DNA of 64,000 bases. Source: a virus. Within the stretch, counting starts at the first letter, position 1; each line of letters starts with the position of its first letter. Both the position numbers and the translations under genes were made by a program. Shown here piece after piece: positions 39,579-49,777 of this stretch. The notes beneath the pieces were generated by a model, which had not been told where the DNA came from, did not search any database, and was given only the letters and a program-made list of their open reading frames with translations. The stretch covers positions 83,619-147,618 of IMG/VR virus record IMGVR_UViG_3300042505_001173. One strand, given 5' to 3'.

Positions 39579-40388
39579 AGTACATATTTCACAGTACCAG
39601 CAGATACGAAAGAACAAGCAATTAAATTTGCTGATGCAGTTGCTGAAGCAGTAAACGACTCATATCCAGAATTTATGAGAAAGGCATTTAGATGTCAACC
39701 AGGGTATGATTTGCAAGTTAAATGTGGACGTGAAGTTGTAAGTGACCATGGGCTATTTGTTGAGAAAAAACGATATATCTTACATGTTGTTGACAATGAA
39801 GGTGAAACTGTTGACAAAATGAAGATTATGGGTCTAGATATCAAAAAGACAACATTACCTAAAATAATATCAGCACAGTTAACAGAATTCATTAAACGTT
39901 TATTACGAGGTGAAGAGTGGAATGATATTGCAACAGATATTGTAAACTATAAAGAAGAACTAATGAAGTTCGATAATTTATTAGAAGTAGGTTTACCAAA
40001 AAACGTTAATAATGTTGAAAAATATGATATGTCGTATAAGATCGATGGTGAGAAAGCGAGACTTCCAGGTAACGTTGCTGCAGCGTTACATTTCAATATC
40101 AGATTAAAAGAAAACGATGATAATGATACAGAATTAATAACATCAGGTACAAAAATTAAAGTTTATTACTTAAAAAACAAGATGTTAAACAAATTTACTT
40201 CAATAGCATTACCATCTGATATAGAACACATTCCAGAATGGTTTATGGAGCAGTATGTACCATTAATCGATAAAGATAAGCAATTATCGAGGTTAGTAGA
40301 CAATCCATTACAGAACATACTTAAAGCTATCAATGTAAATGTACCAACAGCACAATCAGTGCATGCACAAGAACTGTTTAATTTTTAG
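39447..40388 (+). CDS. C-intein plus family-B DNA polymerase C-terminal part
   Basis: ...LVHN|STYF, KKRY, KIMGLD..K. Confidence 0.93.
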   Translation: MSDLKIETVVSIEDLGYVDDWVYDLTMEDTNIPYFFGNGILVHNSTYFTVPADTKEQAIKFADAVAEAVNDSYPEFMRKAFRCQPGYDLQVKCGREVVSDHGLFVEKKRYILHVVDNEGETVDKMKIMGLDIKKTTLPKIISAQLTEFIKRLLRGEEWNDIATDIVNYKEELMKFDNLLEVGLPKNVNNVEKYDMSYKIDGEKARLPGNVAAALHFNIRLKENDDNDTELITSGTKIKVYYLKNKMLNKFTSIALPSDIEHIPEWFMEQYVPLIDKDKQLSRLVDNPLQNILKAINVNVPTAQSVHAQELFNF

Positions 40389-40396
40389 GAAAGACA

Positions 40397-41092
40397 ATGG
40401 TATTAGATACACAAACAATTGAAAACATAATGAACTCTATTAAACTTGCAAAACTATTTGAGGTTGAAAGTTTGATTGTAGAGCCGCATGTTATACGAGG
40501 TATCAATTCAAAATCTACAGCAGCTATATTTACTGAATGTACCAATAATATAGGGTGTGCAGCAGCCGGTATCAATAGATTTGATGTATTAGGAAAAAGA
40601 CTTACATTGGTAGATCCAATCGACGCTTCAATTGAGTTAGAATACGAAGATGAAGAAGACGAAGCTACTATGATCCGGATCAAATCAAAGAAGTTAAACA
40701 TTGCGCATAGATGCGGAACATTACGTACAATTACAGCTCCAAAATCGTTAGCTGTAAAACCAATGTATAAAGTTGAGTTTACAGATGAGTTGTATAAAAC
40801 TCTATCGTCAGCAAAACAAGCTATGAAAACTGATGAAGTTCTATTATTATCTGATGACGGTAACGTGTGTTATGAATTTATTGATCAATCAGACAAACTA
40901 CAATACTTTGATGGAACCGCTGTAAATATTGATGATGAATTTAAAAATGTAAATTTCATCATTAAATTCCCATTAAAATTTTTATTGCATTTGATCAATG
41001 GATTAAACGTTAATGAATTTTTTATTATGGAAAAAGAAATGATACATGGTGTTGTAGACGGTGTTGGAATTTATATACCTAAAAAGAAATAA
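40397..41092 (+). CDS. putative sliding clamp (gp45-like)
   Basis: About 230 aa alpha/beta protein directly after the polymerase; mainly positional. Confidence 0.5.
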   Translation: MVLDTQTIENIMNSIKLAKLFEVESLIVEPHVIRGINSKSTAAIFTECTNNIGCAAAGINRFDVLGKRLTLVDPIDASIELEYEDEEDEATMIRIKSKKLNIAHRCGTLRTITAPKSLAVKPMYKVEFTDELYKTLSSAKQAMKTDEVLLLSDDGNVCYEFIDQSDKLQYFDGTAVNIDDEFKNVNFIIKFPLKFLLHLINGLNVNEFFIMEKEMIHGVVDGVGIYIPKKK

Positions 41093-41194
41093 ATCCTTTG
41101 GATACTTAGTTCTCCCTAATGTTCATGTATAGTAATACTACTACCTAAAAACTCTTTCCCATAAGGGACACTCAAGGGAATAAAAGGATACAAT

Positions 41195-41407
41195 ATGATT
41201 CCAAATATATTTAAGAAAAAGAATGAACCGTGGGTTAAAATTATAGAAGCTGTTGATGACCCGATACACGGATACAAATTCAAATTAGACTGGAATGACG
41301 CATTTATTACAGAACTGCGCAACAACGGATACACCGGTGATATCGACGAACAGATAATCGAATGTTGGTTACGAGATTTATGTAACGACAATAGAAGCAA
41401 GGAATAA
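41195..41407 (+). CDS. hypothetical protein (paralogue of next gene)
   Basis: WNDAFITELR.NGYTG...E..I..WL. Confidence 0.7.
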   Translation: MIPNIFKKKNEPWVKIIEAVDDPIHGYKFKLDWNDAFITELRNNGYTGDIDEQIIECWLRDLCNDNRSKE

Positions 41408-41409
41408 CA

Positions 41410-41673
41410 ATGTTTAAGTGGTTCAAGAAAACAGAAAAAGTACAAGAAATCAAACCATCCTATCAATTTACGATTCAGGTTACATTGCGTCCAGAAAAAG
41501 ACGTTGAAGAAGTAACTTATGAATGGGATGATGATTTTATAAAGTTTTTACGAATGAAAGGGTATTCAGGTACATCTGAGAACCTAGTTGTAAAAAAATG
41601 GCTACAAGTGTTGATAGGTAAACTAGCAACTAACTTGTTTGATAAATCAAACACGCAAAGTGATTTTGAATAA
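41410..41673 (+). CDS. hypothetical protein (paralogue of previous gene)
   Basis: WDDDFIKFLR.KGYSG..E..V..WL. Confidence 0.7.
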   Translation: MFKWFKKTEKVQEIKPSYQFTIQVTLRPEKDVEEVTYEWDDDFIKFLRMKGYSGTSENLVVKKWLQVLIGKLATNLFDKSNTQSDFE

Positions 41674-41682
41674 GGAAAATAA

Positions 41683-42378
41683 ATGTTAACAATTACAGAA
41701 GCGGCTCAACAATTTTTAAACCACGGTGAGCAAAATCAAGTATTGTCGCCAATTGATTATGACGGGGCAGAACATTTGCTATTTGATATTGTTGATTTTT
41801 CTGACCAAAAAGTTAAGTTTTTAATAGACGATAAGTACGTGATTGTTTATGTCGTACGAGATACAGGTCCAGGAAATTGGGAAGAGGTAAAACAAAATTA
41901 CACAGACAAATGCTTAGGTACATCAGCTTTATACCCTGAAGAAATCAGAAAGAAATTAATAAAGAAGTATGGTAAGCAGCCAATATACAAACATCTTGAA
42001 ACAGGTGAGATTGTAACATCGTTTGACTGGGATACACATAAAGATGAGTTTGATGAATCACAGTTTGAGGTAAAACTAAATGCGACATCCGATTATGCGT
42101 GCGCATCAAAAGAAGCTCGTGATATGTTGTGGTCGTCTTTAACTGATGAAGAGATCGCTAAAATACATTCACGAGTAGTAGATCGTATTTCTGATTCATT
42201 GAATGAGTTGATGCAAATTGAAACCTGCGTTGAACGACCATACTCGGTACATGTATTTAACGAGACAAGCGATTCATTTACACGAGTATTTGAAACATAT
42301 GAGCAGTGTTTAGAATTGATTGAAGATATTCATACTAATAAATTAACCGTGTTATTAAACAGTATGGTAATCGCATGA
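41683..42378 (+). CDS. hypothetical protein
   Basis: 231-aa ORF with AAGGA RBS. Confidence 0.7.
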   Translation: MLTITEAAQQFLNHGEQNQVLSPIDYDGAEHLLFDIVDFSDQKVKFLIDDKYVIVYVVRDTGPGNWEEVKQNYTDKCLGTSALYPEEIRKKLIKKYGKQPIYKHLETGEIVTSFDWDTHKDEFDESQFEVKLNATSDYACASKEARDMLWSSLTDEEIAKIHSRVVDRISDSLNELMQIETCVERPYSVHVFNETSDSFTRVFETYEQCLELIEDIHTNKLTVLLNSMVIA

Positions 42379-43382
42379 ACCGTATATTAGTTATGGATAT
42401 GTCAAATATTTTATATAAAACATTTTATGTAAAAGATGACAAAATGTCCAACCATATTGCACATAAATCATTACCTCAAGAAGAGAAAGATGATTTAGAG
42501 ATTCGTAGCGCGTTTCATAGGTCGCTAGTATCATTGAACCGGTATTATCTTGACCATAGTCCTACTACTATGATATGTGTGTTTGATCGATTTAACTGGC
42601 GTGATGATTACTCTAAGTCAGAAGAATGCTATAGTAAACGGGTATATAAAGGTACTCGTAGACAAAAGCAAACCCCTGCAGAGCAACAACAATACCAAAG
42701 ATTCAAACAATTTACAAATGAGTTTGAAGTAATGTTGACAGAAATGACAGCAATCCCGTGCCTATCAGCGAATTTGTTAGAAGCGGATGATATTATCGCT
42801 GGGTTATGTAAAATATACGGTGGAAATGATACCGCTCCTGATAACGGTAGTACATTTGATCATACTGAAGACCATCATGAAGTAACGATTGTAAGCGCTG
42901 ATAAAGATATGATTCAGTTGTTGCGGTACGATAGAGTTAAATTATTAGATCCTGCTACCAAGAAATACCGAACATTAGAAAACACTGGCAATGAATCTGT
43001 TGATTTATATCTATACGTTAAGTATATGAGAGGTGATAGAGGTGATAATGTAGCTTCAGCGTTCCCTAGATATAGATTGAAAAAGATAGTAGAAGCGTAC
43101 GAAGATCCGTATAAGCATACAAATCTAATGAAAAGTGAATGGACTGACCATGAGGGTAATATAATGGTAGTTGGTGAGATATTTAATGAAAATAAATTAT
43201 TAACTAATTTAACTCACCAACCGAAACATATTCAAGATATCATGTTAGAAACAATACTAACAGGTTTAAATTCACCTAAGCGTTTTGATAGGTTTCAATT
43301 TGTAAAATTTCTTAAAAATAACAAATTGAATAATGTAAACCGACTCATTGATTCATATATACCTTTACTAAGTATGAAATAA
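42375..43382 (+). CDS. RNase H / FEN-family 5'-3' exonuclease (T4 rnh-like)
   Basis: MD..N, FD..NWR, YKGTR, EADD, SADKD..QL, GDRGDNV. Confidence 0.9.
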   Translation: MNRILVMDMSNILYKTFYVKDDKMSNHIAHKSLPQEEKDDLEIRSAFHRSLVSLNRYYLDHSPTTMICVFDRFNWRDDYSKSEECYSKRVYKGTRRQKQTPAEQQQYQRFKQFTNEFEVMLTEMTAIPCLSANLLEADDIIAGLCKIYGGNDTAPDNGSTFDHTEDHHEVTIVSADKDMIQLLRYDRVKLLDPATKKYRTLENTGNESVDLYLYVKYMRGDRGDNVASAFPRYRLKKIVEAYEDPYKHTNLMKSEWTDHEGNIMVVGEIFNENKLLTNLTHQPKHIQDIMLETILTGLNSPKRFDRFQFVKFLKNNKLNNVNRLIDSYIPLLSMK

Positions 43383-43691
43383 TTATTGTTTTGCTTCATC
43401 TGCGCTATTTGTCGCAGAATCAGCTGCGTAACCTGTGGTGAGCCCTATATAAAATATTGTAGAAAGGCTCATTTCAGGTGTAACAACATCATACGATAAT
43501 GCACTCATTGTAGCTAGTAACGATGTACCAAACGAACATAATGTACCAAACACGTTAACACTACCAAACCAATCCTTAAGTGATACTAGAGTTTCTTCTT
43601 TAGCTCGTTTTTTAACGTAGTGACTTATCATACCAACAGCAACACTTACTACGAATGTAAAGTAGTAGTGAGTATGGAAAAACTCTTCCAT
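43383..43691 (-). CDS. small membrane protein, holin-like
   Basis: Three hydrophobic segments and a GY.ADS..N ending; start MEEFF with AAGGAG. Confidence 0.5.
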   Translation of the reverse strand: MEEFFHTHYYFTFVVSVAVGMISHYVKKRAKEETLVSLKDWFGSVNVFGTLCSFGTSLLATMSALSYDVVTPEMSLSTIFYIGLTTGYAADSATNSADEAKQ

Positions 43692-43745
43692 ATTAATCTC
43701 CTTATTTTTCAATTATATAGTTTTTTCAACCTTGAAAAATACACA

Positions 43746-43753
43746 TATAAATA
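43746..43753 (+). promoter_or_regulatory. T4-type late promoter TATAAATA
   Basis: Exact consensus; further copies at 9771(-), 10488(-), 48108(-) and 51130(+), each just upstream of a gene. Confidence 0.65.
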
Positions 43754-43801
43754 TTTTTGATAACATTTTTAAACCAAATATATTTATTGGAGATACAAAT
43801 T

Positions 43802-44278
43802 ATGGTACAATCAGTTCAGTCACGTTTTAGATTTATTGAATGGTTAGATTTAGACGGTACAGGTGTATTAACCGAATGCGCAATCGTAAAACGTTTCACT
43901 AACGGTGATACTTACTACTTTACGTTAGAATCATTAGATATGATCGACAAACAACGTTTAAAAACTATTTTAGTTAACCGTAATTCATCTTTATACGATG
44001 AATTGTGGAAAGTACTAGAGCAAAACACATTAGGTAACGGAGTGAACGCGTTAGTATATTTTAATCAGCTCGTTAAACAAATTACTCCAAATGGTACAAT
44101 TTTACCATTTGGTACAAATAGACATAGTGCTACAAACTATAATTACACTCCAGTAGGCGCGGAGAATATTCAAACTACACCTGAACCAACTGTTCAAGCA
44201 GCTCCAGCACAAACACCACCTCAAAGCTTTGAACAAGTAACTAAATCAACAGCACCTGGAAAAAGTAAAAATCAATGA
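43802..44278 (+). CDS. conserved jumbo-phage hypothetical protein
   Basis: GGAG before ATG 43802; TLGNGVNAL.YF.QLVK motif. Confidence 0.7.
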   Translation: MVQSVQSRFRFIEWLDLDGTGVLTECAIVKRFTNGDTYYFTLESLDMIDKQRLKTILVNRNSSLYDELWKVLEQNTLGNGVNALVYFNQLVKQITPNGTILPFGTNRHSATNYNYTPVGAENIQTTPEPTVQAAPAQTPPQSFEQVTKSTAPGKSKNQ

Positions 44279-44478
44279 TAGATAACCCATATCAACAATT
44301 AGTTGAAATGGAAACTCGGTTAGCACGTGAGGTATACGATTTGTACGTGTATATTTCACGGATAATTTTAGAAGAAGATGATATACCGAGTGATTACGAT
44401 TTGATGGTAACACAGTTATTTTCGATGATAGAATATCGAAAAATTCTTAAGCAGCGAATCGAATTAAACAAGGAATGA
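44275..44478 (+). CDS. hypothetical protein
   Basis: 67-aa ORF coupled to the previous gene. Confidence 0.55.
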   Translation: MIDNPYQQLVEMETRLAREVYDLYVYISRIILEEDDIPSDYDLMVTQLFSMIEYRKILKQRIELNKE

Positions 44479-44488
44479 AACAGCGAGG

Positions 44489-45769
44489 TTAATAGAACCT
44501 CGCTGTACCCATTTGTGGTGTTTTAAACCTAATAGTTACTTGATTGTTAGCTGAATTTATTGTACCCGCTTCACCGTACGAAACTTTATAATCAACGTCT
44601 TCAACCAACACAACAGTATCGACAAAAACTAATATTTTAGGTGTATATCCTAACTGGTGGAAAATATTCCACGTAGTTGAAGGTGTAACTGAATTATATT
44701 CAAAAGTGTTTGTTAATCTGTAATCGTTAGGTAATACAAAATCGTGAGCGGTTTTAGCAGGTGTAGGATCAACAGATACAGTTAGTGTATAGGTAATATA
44801 ATAAATGCTATGCTGAGGTTTATCGATTGGATCAAATATGAGATGTGTTAACAACCTAGGAGCTTCAAGTTCAGGATGGTTAGGGTTGTTTTTATCTATT
44901 GCTTGCGCTAGTAGAGTATCATAGCTCTCATTTGTTGTTTGTGTAGCTGTACCTAACGATACATAAGCTGGTAACGTATCAATGAAATTAGAATCTGCTG
45001 TAACCACATTAATAGACGAATATTTACTATAAATGCGTATTTTATTTGTTGATAGTTCAGCGTAGCATTTATATCTTTTTAATGCTCTATTAAATTTCTC
45101 AATCAAGTTTGAAAATGTTGAGTTATCAACAATAAATGACACGACAGTTAGAGTTTCACCAATCTGTAGAGTTAGCTGCAGTGTAGTATTTGTGAGGTAC
45201 GATGTACTCACAAGGTTAGTTGGATCTAAATTTATATCTTGATATCCGGAAATAGGACTATAATTTTGACCTGTATATAAAGCAATTTCATCAAAAGTAT
45301 ATACTTTTGTGTCACTCGGTTCACTCACACCCAATGTACAGCTTACTGTTACTTTTGTATTATCATTGTCAATATAACTAACAACGCCGTCAATATTTCT
45401 ATGAGTTTCAGTGTACACAGGGGTTGTGCTAGTAGGGTTTCCATTGACGGTGGTCTCAATTGTATTATTGCTACCTAATGAATTAGGGTCTACTTGTTTG
45501 CGAAAAGTCTCATGGTATAATGTTGATTTCCAGCCTGCATAATCAGGTGATACACCATCATTAGGTGAGTAATGTTTAAAAGAATTGTCTGGCTTTTTTA
45601 CGGTGGCACCATTACCGAACGCTATACTATTAACCCAATAATTACTTTCATCTGATAAAGATCGTGCAATTACACGAGCAAAATTACCCGGGTGAATATC
45701 GTTTTCACGGTTTAAAATAATATTATCGAATTGATCACGAATTACACAATGTCCTTTTATTGATATCAT
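44489..45769 (-). CDS. virion structural protein (paralogue 1 of 3)
   Basis: IAFGNG, FDEIALY, LTHLIFDPI.K. Confidence 0.7.
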   Translation of the reverse strand: MISIKGHCVIRDQFDNIILNRENDIHPGNFARVIARSLSDESNYWVNSIAFGNGATVKKPDNSFKHYSPNDGVSPDYAGWKSTLYHETFRKQVDPNSLGSNNTIETTVNGNPTSTTPVYTETHRNIDGVVSYIDNDNTKVTVSCTLGVSEPSDTKVYTFDEIALYTGQNYSPISGYQDINLDPTNLVSTSYLTNTTLQLTLQIGETLTVVSFIVDNSTFSNLIEKFNRALKRYKCYAELSTNKIRIYSKYSSINVVTADSNFIDTLPAYVSLGTATQTTNESYDTLLAQAIDKNNPNHPELEAPRLLTHLIFDPIDKPQHSIYYITYTLTVSVDPTPAKTAHDFVLPNDYRLTNTFEYNSVTPSTTWNIFHQLGYTPKILVFVDTVVLVEDVDYKVSYGEAGTINSANNQVTIRFKTPQMGTARFY

Positions 45770-45780
45770 TTATTTGACGC

Positions 45781-46497
45781 TCATGTAGGTTGAATAATTG
45801 TTATTGTTGGGTTAGTATCGGTTCTATTAACGTAAACTGTTAGGGTATATTTGATATTAAACGTACGATTTGCTGTTTTAAGAACTGGTGAAAACGTTAA
45901 ATGGGTTAACATACGTTTAAATTCTTTTGTACCATCGATTGGATTATACTGAAAACCGCCAACAGAGTCTAACGGTAAACCATCAGTAAATAAACCTATT
46001 TCGTCAAAAATAAAATTATTACTACCGGGTATATAACCTTTACCTATTGCATTGGTAGCAGTAGGTTTTGTATCATCCTGTATTTGTGTTACTGGTTCAT
46101 ACTTACCTAGTGTGCACGATATCACCACCTGTGATATTCTATCTTTATCTAAACTTGCAACACCGCTACCAGATGTAGATTTATCAGTACTCATAATATC
46201 ACCAGGAGTACCAATATGAGCATATTCAAAATAAGTTTGATTATATAATGTAGCGTCCCATTCTGTATCTTGAACAGGTTTGTATACTATAGATGACGTT
46301 GAGTGGTTATAATCAGTACCTCCATTACCGAAAGCTATTACGTATATGCTATTATTAGCTTCATGTGCTAATCCTCTAGCGATAACGAGCTCCATATTTT
46401 TATAGTTGATGGAATTTAATTGATTTAAATGTACATGACCTAAATCATCAGTTATTAAACAGTGCCCGGTAATTTGAATAGGTAAATTTTCAATCAT
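45781..46497 (-). CDS. virion structural protein (paralogue 2 of 3)
   Basis: IAFGNGG, FDEIGLF, MLTHLTFSPVLK. Confidence 0.7.
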   Translation of the reverse strand: MIENLPIQITGHCLITDDLGHVHLNQLNSINYKNMELVIARGLAHEANNSIYVIAFGNGGTDYNHSTSSIVYKPVQDTEWDATLYNQTYFEYAHIGTPGDIMSTDKSTSGSGVASLDKDRISQVVISCTLGKYEPVTQIQDDTKPTATNAIGKGYIPGSNNFIFDEIGLFTDGLPLDSVGGFQYNPIDGTKEFKRMLTHLTFSPVLKTANRTFNIKYTLTVYVNRTDTNPTITIIQPT

Positions 46498-47648
46498 TTT
46501 ATGGTACGCGCTACTACAATGTTCAAAATATATTCAATGATGTATGTTCTATTCATTGGTTTGCGAATTGGGTCAAATATTAAATGTGTTAACATTCTTG
46601 CAGATTCTAAACTAGGTTGATCAGCATTGTTTTGCACGCCAACACTTGCTCCAGATATTGAATCATTTATACCTGCGAATAACATCATATTACCGAATAA
46701 CCAATCAGCGTTAGACTGTTCCGTTTTGATATTCACACTAGAAAATGGACCTGTTGTCTTACTTGAAAAAACCATATACCCAAAATACGAACCCGCAGAT
46801 GAGTCACCAGTTTTCATTGATACTGTTAATTGAGGAATACTATCGTTAAGAATATTGATTAAGTCTATGAACCTTATAGTATACACATCAACAGAAGCAT
46901 TCGTTACAGTATGGTAAGCATATGATTGGTCAGTATATATTTGATATTGATGGTTAACACCATCAATATCGATAGATAAAGTGTACGCTGTATCTACATC
47001 TAATTTTGTATCGACGTATATATTAGGTGTAGAGAAGGTAACTGTTTGTTTACCACTAACCGGTACATCAGTTTCGGTACCACCAGTAAATAGCGCTAAT
47101 TCATCAAACTCAAATGCTGAATCAATTGGTACGTCAGTATCATTTAAATCAGATATGTATTGACTCGTTGGTTCATTTCTATTTAGCACGCAAGATACTA
47201 CAACTTTTGAATTCCATAAGGTAGTAGTGGTATTTTGATATTCGACACTAACAACTCCAGGACCTGCTAAATCGTTTGGCTTAACTAATGGATCATCTTT
47301 AGCAGATGCATTTGCACCTTCACCTATATGTGTATCACTATCGTCAATAATTTCTGAATACGTTTCACTATACAGTTTAGACTTATAACCTGAGATATCA
47401 GGGTATATACCATCGTTCACGTTATTGTACGTTACATTTTGTGCTATATCTACAAACGTTCCACCGTTACCGAACGCAATACGTTTAATAAATTGGTTAG
47501 GCTCGTTAGATAAACCTCGTGCAAATGCACGGGATATATTCATAGGATGAACAGCGTTCTTTTTATCAAGTACAATATTTCCCAAATCATCAGAAATAAT
47601 ACATTGTCCGGATACATCAACCTGGACTGACTGATTATCAAAAATCAT
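46494..47648 (-). CDS. virion structural protein (paralogue 3 of 3)
   Basis: IAFGNGG, FDELALF, MLTHLIFDPIRK. Confidence 0.7.
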   Translation of the reverse strand: MIFDNQSVQVDVSGQCIISDDLGNIVLDKKNAVHPMNISRAFARGLSNEPNQFIKRIAFGNGGTFVDIAQNVTYNNVNDGIYPDISGYKSKLYSETYSEIIDDSDTHIGEGANASAKDDPLVKPNDLAGPGVVSVEYQNTTTTLWNSKVVVSCVLNRNEPTSQYISDLNDTDVPIDSAFEFDELALFTGGTETDVPVSGKQTVTFSTPNIYVDTKLDVDTAYTLSIDIDGVNHQYQIYTDQSYAYHTVTNASVDVYTIRFIDLINILNDSIPQLTVSMKTGDSSAGSYFGYMVFSSKTTGPFSSVNIKTEQSNADWLFGNMMLFAGINDSISGASVGVQNNADQPSLESARMLTHLIFDPIRKPMNRTYIIEYILNIVVARTIK

Positions 47649-48079
47649 ATACCTGTACCTCCACCTAATCTTGCAGTACCGGACATGGGCGACGAAAATT
47701 CTACCACTGTAGTATTATTATCAGGACATGTAATATTTTTAGGTAAAATTGTTTGATATTGATTATTGAGTAACACTACAACATCGATATTAACATATTT
47801 TGCATTTAAATTATGTGCGATATTCCAAATAGAAGCTGCTGAGTTCTGAACGTGCGAATAACCGTTAGGTTCAACAGTAACTGCTACTCCTCCTACTCGT
47901 GGTTGAGAGAATTGAACACGTACAGTATTTTCATCGACTATAGATATTTCTTTAGGAATAATCATAGTGTTAGTACTAGTTACAGGGTCTGGGATCCATA
48001 CATCAACCAACGGTGATAATGACCGTTGGTTATGCGCAATCGTCCAAATATTTGCTGGAGTTGTTTGTTCGAATATCAT
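47645..48079 (-). CDS. small virion protein of two W.I.HN repeats
   Basis: Two roughly 70-aa repeats; TATAAATA at 48108-48115. Confidence 0.65.
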   Translation of the reverse strand: MIFEQTTPANIWTIAHNQRSLSPLVDVWIPDPVTSTNTMIIPKEISIVDENTVRVQFSQPRVGGVAVTVEPNGYSHVQNSAASIWNIAHNLNAKYVNIDVVVLLNNQYQTILPKNITCPDNNTTVVEFSSPMSGTARLGGGTGI

Positions 48080-48127
48080 ATTATTGCAATAGAATGTTAT
48101 AATAGAGTATTTATATTGTTGGCGACA

Positions 48128-49762
48128 TTATAATAATTGTGTTCTACCTGCGACACTACCTGCAAACGTAATAGTGGTATCGCTTGTTGAATCATGTACT
48201 ATAGAATTTGGAATTGTTAGTATGCCGTTAACGTATGATCTAACAATAGGCATGTACCCCAATCCGTGTGATATCTTCCATACCGATGCTGGAGCTGTTT
48301 GAACGTAATTACTAACAACCGTAGGAGATGTCGATGCTGATAGAGCTGTTGAACTAGTTAACAATATTTGAGCTGTACCTGATGCAGGACTATCAAAACT
48401 AACTATTATACGGTCACCGTTTACAATTTTTATTAGTGTTGGAGATAGTACAGAACCTAAATCATCGGTAATTTGAATTACAGCATTAGTAGTGCCTTGT
48501 CCGTGATCTAAAGTCCATTGAATACTAGGAATGGTTTGACGGTATGTAAATCCTACGACTGTTGTACCACCTGACGGTGCTGTTGGTAACGCAGTGGGTG
48601 TCCCAGGAGGTAGCGAAACAGATTCATCATACGATAGAGTCTCAAGACCGTCAGCATCCCATCCACCTAAGTTTAGCCAGTTAGTGTTACTAGGTGAACC
48701 TGAAACAAGTCCTCCAAGATTGGTAATTGAGTTGGATGTAGTGTACAGTTTACCGGTGTATAGGTCAACTGTGACCGGTAAATTTAAAACGTCGTCGGAC
48801 GGCAACTGATATATAATTTGTGGATCAATATCTATAAAAATTGTATCACTTGAAACAATTGTACCAATTTTTTGAATAAATCCTGTAGATGGTATACTAG
48901 TTTGTATTGTACCGTTATTCCCTAGATACACAGCAGTAGAAGGCAGCTCATTAAAATGCCAATTTATATTAGTGATATAACCATTAGATACGACACCGGA
49001 CACTTCTGAATCATATACTTCTGTTCTTATCATACCGATAGCTGACTTATATTCAGGGTCAAAGCATGATGATAATTGGATTTTATTATCTTTATAAAAC
49101 GATACTACACTATATTCAGGTATATGACCTTGAGCTGCAGCATAAAACAACGATGAACTAAAATCAACCGGGTCAATGACAGATTTTGTTGTATACAGAT
49201 TTGATTCAGTAGTAACAAATTGTGAACCATTTTTACGGGTCAGAGGATACCCGTCCGAATCAAAAAGTATATAACCCGATAAGCAGTCCGTATTGTCATT
49301 GACTTGTGTACCGAGCGCATAAGATTGAATACTGATACCATCGTAAATACAAGCAAAAACTCTAATCTTTTCAACCCAATTGTTATTTTCATACACGAAC
49401 ATTATATTGCGTGATGTATCATACCAATGTAATGTGGAGTTTGGGTTATTAGGTTTAGTACTTTGAATCAAAGGTTCAAGAGATGTATGTCCAAATGTAC
49501 GAATACCGGTTTGCATATTGATATCCCAGTACAACCAGTGTCTACCGGATATAGGCGCTAGGAATGGACCCCAAGCATCGTTAACAGTATTTGAATCCTC
49601 ATACAAATAATTTGATTCATTGTGAGCAAATGTAATTAATACCGAAGAGTGGTTTGGATCTAGCGATACATATGTTGGTAGTATATCATCCCGGTAACAA
49701 TTAGGTGAATTGCTAGTATTAACTGAACATTTAACGATACCTTGTCTAAATGATAATTTCAT
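48128..49762 (-). CDS. virion structural protein (paralogue of next gene) with W.I.H repeats
   Basis: MKL.FRQGIVK, AWGPF, WLYWDIN, two C-terminal W..H repeats. Confidence 0.7.
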   Translation of the reverse strand: MKLSFRQGIVKCSVNTSNSPNCYRDDILPTYVSLDPNHSSVLITFAHNESNYLYEDSNTVNDAWGPFLAPISGRHWLYWDINMQTGIRTFGHTSLEPLIQSTKPNNPNSTLHWYDTSRNIMFVYENNNWVEKIRVFACIYDGISIQSYALGTQVNDNTDCLSGYILFDSDGYPLTRKNGSQFVTTESNLYTTKSVIDPVDFSSSLFYAAAQGHIPEYSVVSFYKDNKIQLSSCFDPEYKSAIGMIRTEVYDSEVSGVVSNGYITNINWHFNELPSTAVYLGNNGTIQTSIPSTGFIQKIGTIVSSDTIFIDIDPQIIYQLPSDDVLNLPVTVDLYTGKLYTTSNSITNLGGLVSGSPSNTNWLNLGGWDADGLETLSYDESVSLPPGTPTALPTAPSGGTTVVGFTYRQTIPSIQWTLDHGQGTTNAVIQITDDLGSVLSPTLIKIVNGDRIIVSFDSPASGTAQILLTSSTALSASTSPTVVSNYVQTAPASVWKISHGLGYMPIVRSYVNGILTIPNSIVHDSTSDTTITFAGSVAGRTQLL

Positions 49763-49777
49763 GTCGTAATATCTCTT

